Assembly (NCBI GenBank): GCA_963796405.1
Contig: CAWCLL010000002.1
Location: 32,510-96,509, forward strand
Length of the DNA stretch: 64,000 nucleotides
Origin: an uncultured Actinomycetes bacterium
Lineage (GTDB): Bacteria > Actinomycetota > Thermoleophilia > Gaiellales > Gaiellaceae
Direction: 5' to 3'
Every line of letters begins with the position of its first letter. Positions within the stretch are counted from its first letter, which is position 1. A program made the position numbers and the translations under genes. This document shows, piece by piece, positions 62,518 through 64,000 of the stretch. Below the pieces are notes generated by a model, which did no database searches, had not been told where the DNA came from, and worked only from the letters and a program-made list of their open reading frames with translations.

Positions 62518-64000
62518 TCAGAAGAGCGATCGCATTCCACGTTCTTCACGCAGCCTCCGTCTGAGATCGTAGAGCGGCCTGCGCGCTCGTGACGTAGGGG
62601 ACCTCGTCGAAGTTGTGCGCCGGCGGCGGCGAGGTCGTGTACCACTCGAGCGTGTCCGCCTGCCACGGGTCGTTGCCCACGCGCGGCCCGCGTCGCGCCT
62701 TCACGCACGTTCCAGAAGAAGAACAGGAACCCGACGCCCATGACCCACGAGCCGATCGTCGAGGTGAGGTTCAGGGCCTCCCACCCCTCGTTCCTGTACG
62801 TGTAGATCCTCCGCGGCATCCCCTCCAGCCCGAGGAAGTGCTGCGGGAAGAACGTGACGTTGAAGCCGACGAACATGAACCAGAAGTGCCACTTCCCGAG
62901 GGTCTCGCCGAGCATGCGCCCGAACATCTTCGGCCACCAGTAGTAGAGCCCGGCGAAGATCCCGAACACGACGCCGCCGAGGATCGTGTAGTGGAAGTGG
63001 GCGACGACGAAGTACGTGTCGTGCACCTGCCAGTCGATCGGGAACGCCGCCAGGTAGATCCCGGAGAGCCCGCCGACGACGAAGATCGAGATGAAGCCGA
63101 GCGCGAACAGCATCGGCGTGTCGAGGCTCAGGTTCCCGCGCCAGAGGGTCGCGAGCCAGTTGAAGATCTTCACGCCCGTCGGGACGGCGATGACCATCGA
63201 CGCGACCATGAAGAAGATGTTCAGCGAGTTCGGCATCCCCACCGTGAACAGGTGGTGCGCCCAGACGAGCATCGAGAAGAAGCCGATCGCGACGGTCGAG
63301 AACGCGACCGCCTTGTAGCCGAAGATCGGCTTCCGCGCGAAGACCGGCAGCACCTCCGAGACGATCCCCATGGCCGGCAGCACCATCACGTACACCTCGG
63401 GGTGGCCGAAGAACCAGAACGCGTGCTGGTAGAGCACGGGCGAGCCGCCCTCCGAGGCGGTGAAGAAGTTCGTCTGCACGTCGATGCCCGCGAACGAGAT
63501 GCCGCGGTCGAGCAGGAGCAGCGTCAGCCCCGCGGAGAGCACCGGGAGCACGGCCAGCAGCAGCCACGAGAAGACGTAGATCGACCAGACGAAGAGCGGC
63601 ATGCGCGTCCACGTCATCCCGCGCGCACGCAGGTTGTGGATCGTCACGAGGAAGTTGATCGCGCCCACGAGCGACGAGACCGAGAGGATGTGGAGCGAGA
63701 GGATCCAGAGGTCCTGGCCGTTCCCGGGCGCCGTGGTCGAGAGCGGCGGATACCCGGTCCAGCCCGACTTCGCCGCGCCTCCGTCTGCGAAGAAGGAGAG
63801 CATGAGGACGACGCCGCCGAGGGCGAAGAGCCAGTAGGAGAGCGCGTTCAGGCGCGGGAACGCGACGTCGCGCGCGCCGATCATCAGCGGCACGAGGTAG
63901 TTCCCGAAGCCGGCCAGGATCGGGACGACGACGAGGAAGACCATCGCCGTGCCGTGGATGGTGACGAGCTCGTTGTAGCGGTCGGCGCCCACGACGCCGC
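62518..64000 (-). pseudogene. ctaD: Cytochrome c oxidase subunit I. The N-terminus lies outside the window, there is a frame break near 62660, and the stop is at 62518 or 62546.
   Basis: HGTAMVFLVVVP...WFFGHPEVYV...AHHLFTVGM...VAHFHYTILGG. Then DPWQADTLEWYTTSPPPAHNFDEVPYV is in a shifted frame. Confidence 0.9.

Noticed and set aside
61188-63992. The 934-aa ORF as one protein (a CtaD-CtaB super-fusion).
   Set aside because: CtaD homology ends near 62660 and its true C-terminus (DPWQADTLEWY...) is in another frame with its own stop. ctaB has its own ATG at 62486. The remaining continuity is off-frame read-through.
1-64000. Programmed ribosomal frameshifting or transcriptional slippage as the explanation for the frame breaks.
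   Set aside because: The breaks occur in many unrelated genes at non-homologous positions. The sites I reconstructed lack X XXY YYZ slippery heptamers or long homopolymers, and no conserved downstream structure is evident. Indel error or decay is far more likely.

Overview
Very GC-rich chromosomal window, visibly above 70% GC (estimated by eye, not computed). Gene content looks actinobacterial, which is an inference from the cluster below.

Main content:
- Cell-wall signalling operon fhaA-fhaB-pstP-rodA-pbpA-pknB, with ddl translationally coupled to its end.
- Arginine cluster argC-J-B-D, argR, argG, and a wrecked argH. No argF is present.
- A polyamine/N-compound island: Rieske oxygenase, TetR, potA, two flavin amine oxidases, and potDBC on the other strand.
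- ADP-forming acyl-CoA synthetase, thioesterase and acyl-CoA dehydrogenase.
- Two glutamine synthetase paralogs bracketing two ABC-2 exporters.
- PdtaS/PdtaR-like two-component pair, an ECF sigma factor with a DUF4349 partner, an ABC-F ATPase, tkt/tal, a PadR locus, and ctaD/ctaB.
- I found no rRNA, tRNA, CRISPR array, transposase, integrase or recognisable defence system.

I did not find a clearly novel multi-gene system. The most unusual signals are:
1. argH is split by a 2.5 kb block of about 2.5 tandem units of a BMP-family lipoprotein gene array. The block is bounded by a 14-bp direct repeat and microhomology, and no mobile-element genes are present. The argH 3' end also carries a 192-bp-period tandem duplication.
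2. About 40 single-nucleotide frame disruptions (manual count) lie in otherwise well conserved genes. They are unevenly distributed. This is either assembly indel error or recent gene decay.
3. A truly decayed cyclase/STAND-ATPase relic has substitution-type stop codons and locally lower GC.
4. The glnA1 leader carries two hairpins and a rare T-run.

Many long Arg/Pro/Ala-rich ORFs in the six-frame track are high-GC artefacts and are not reported as genes.
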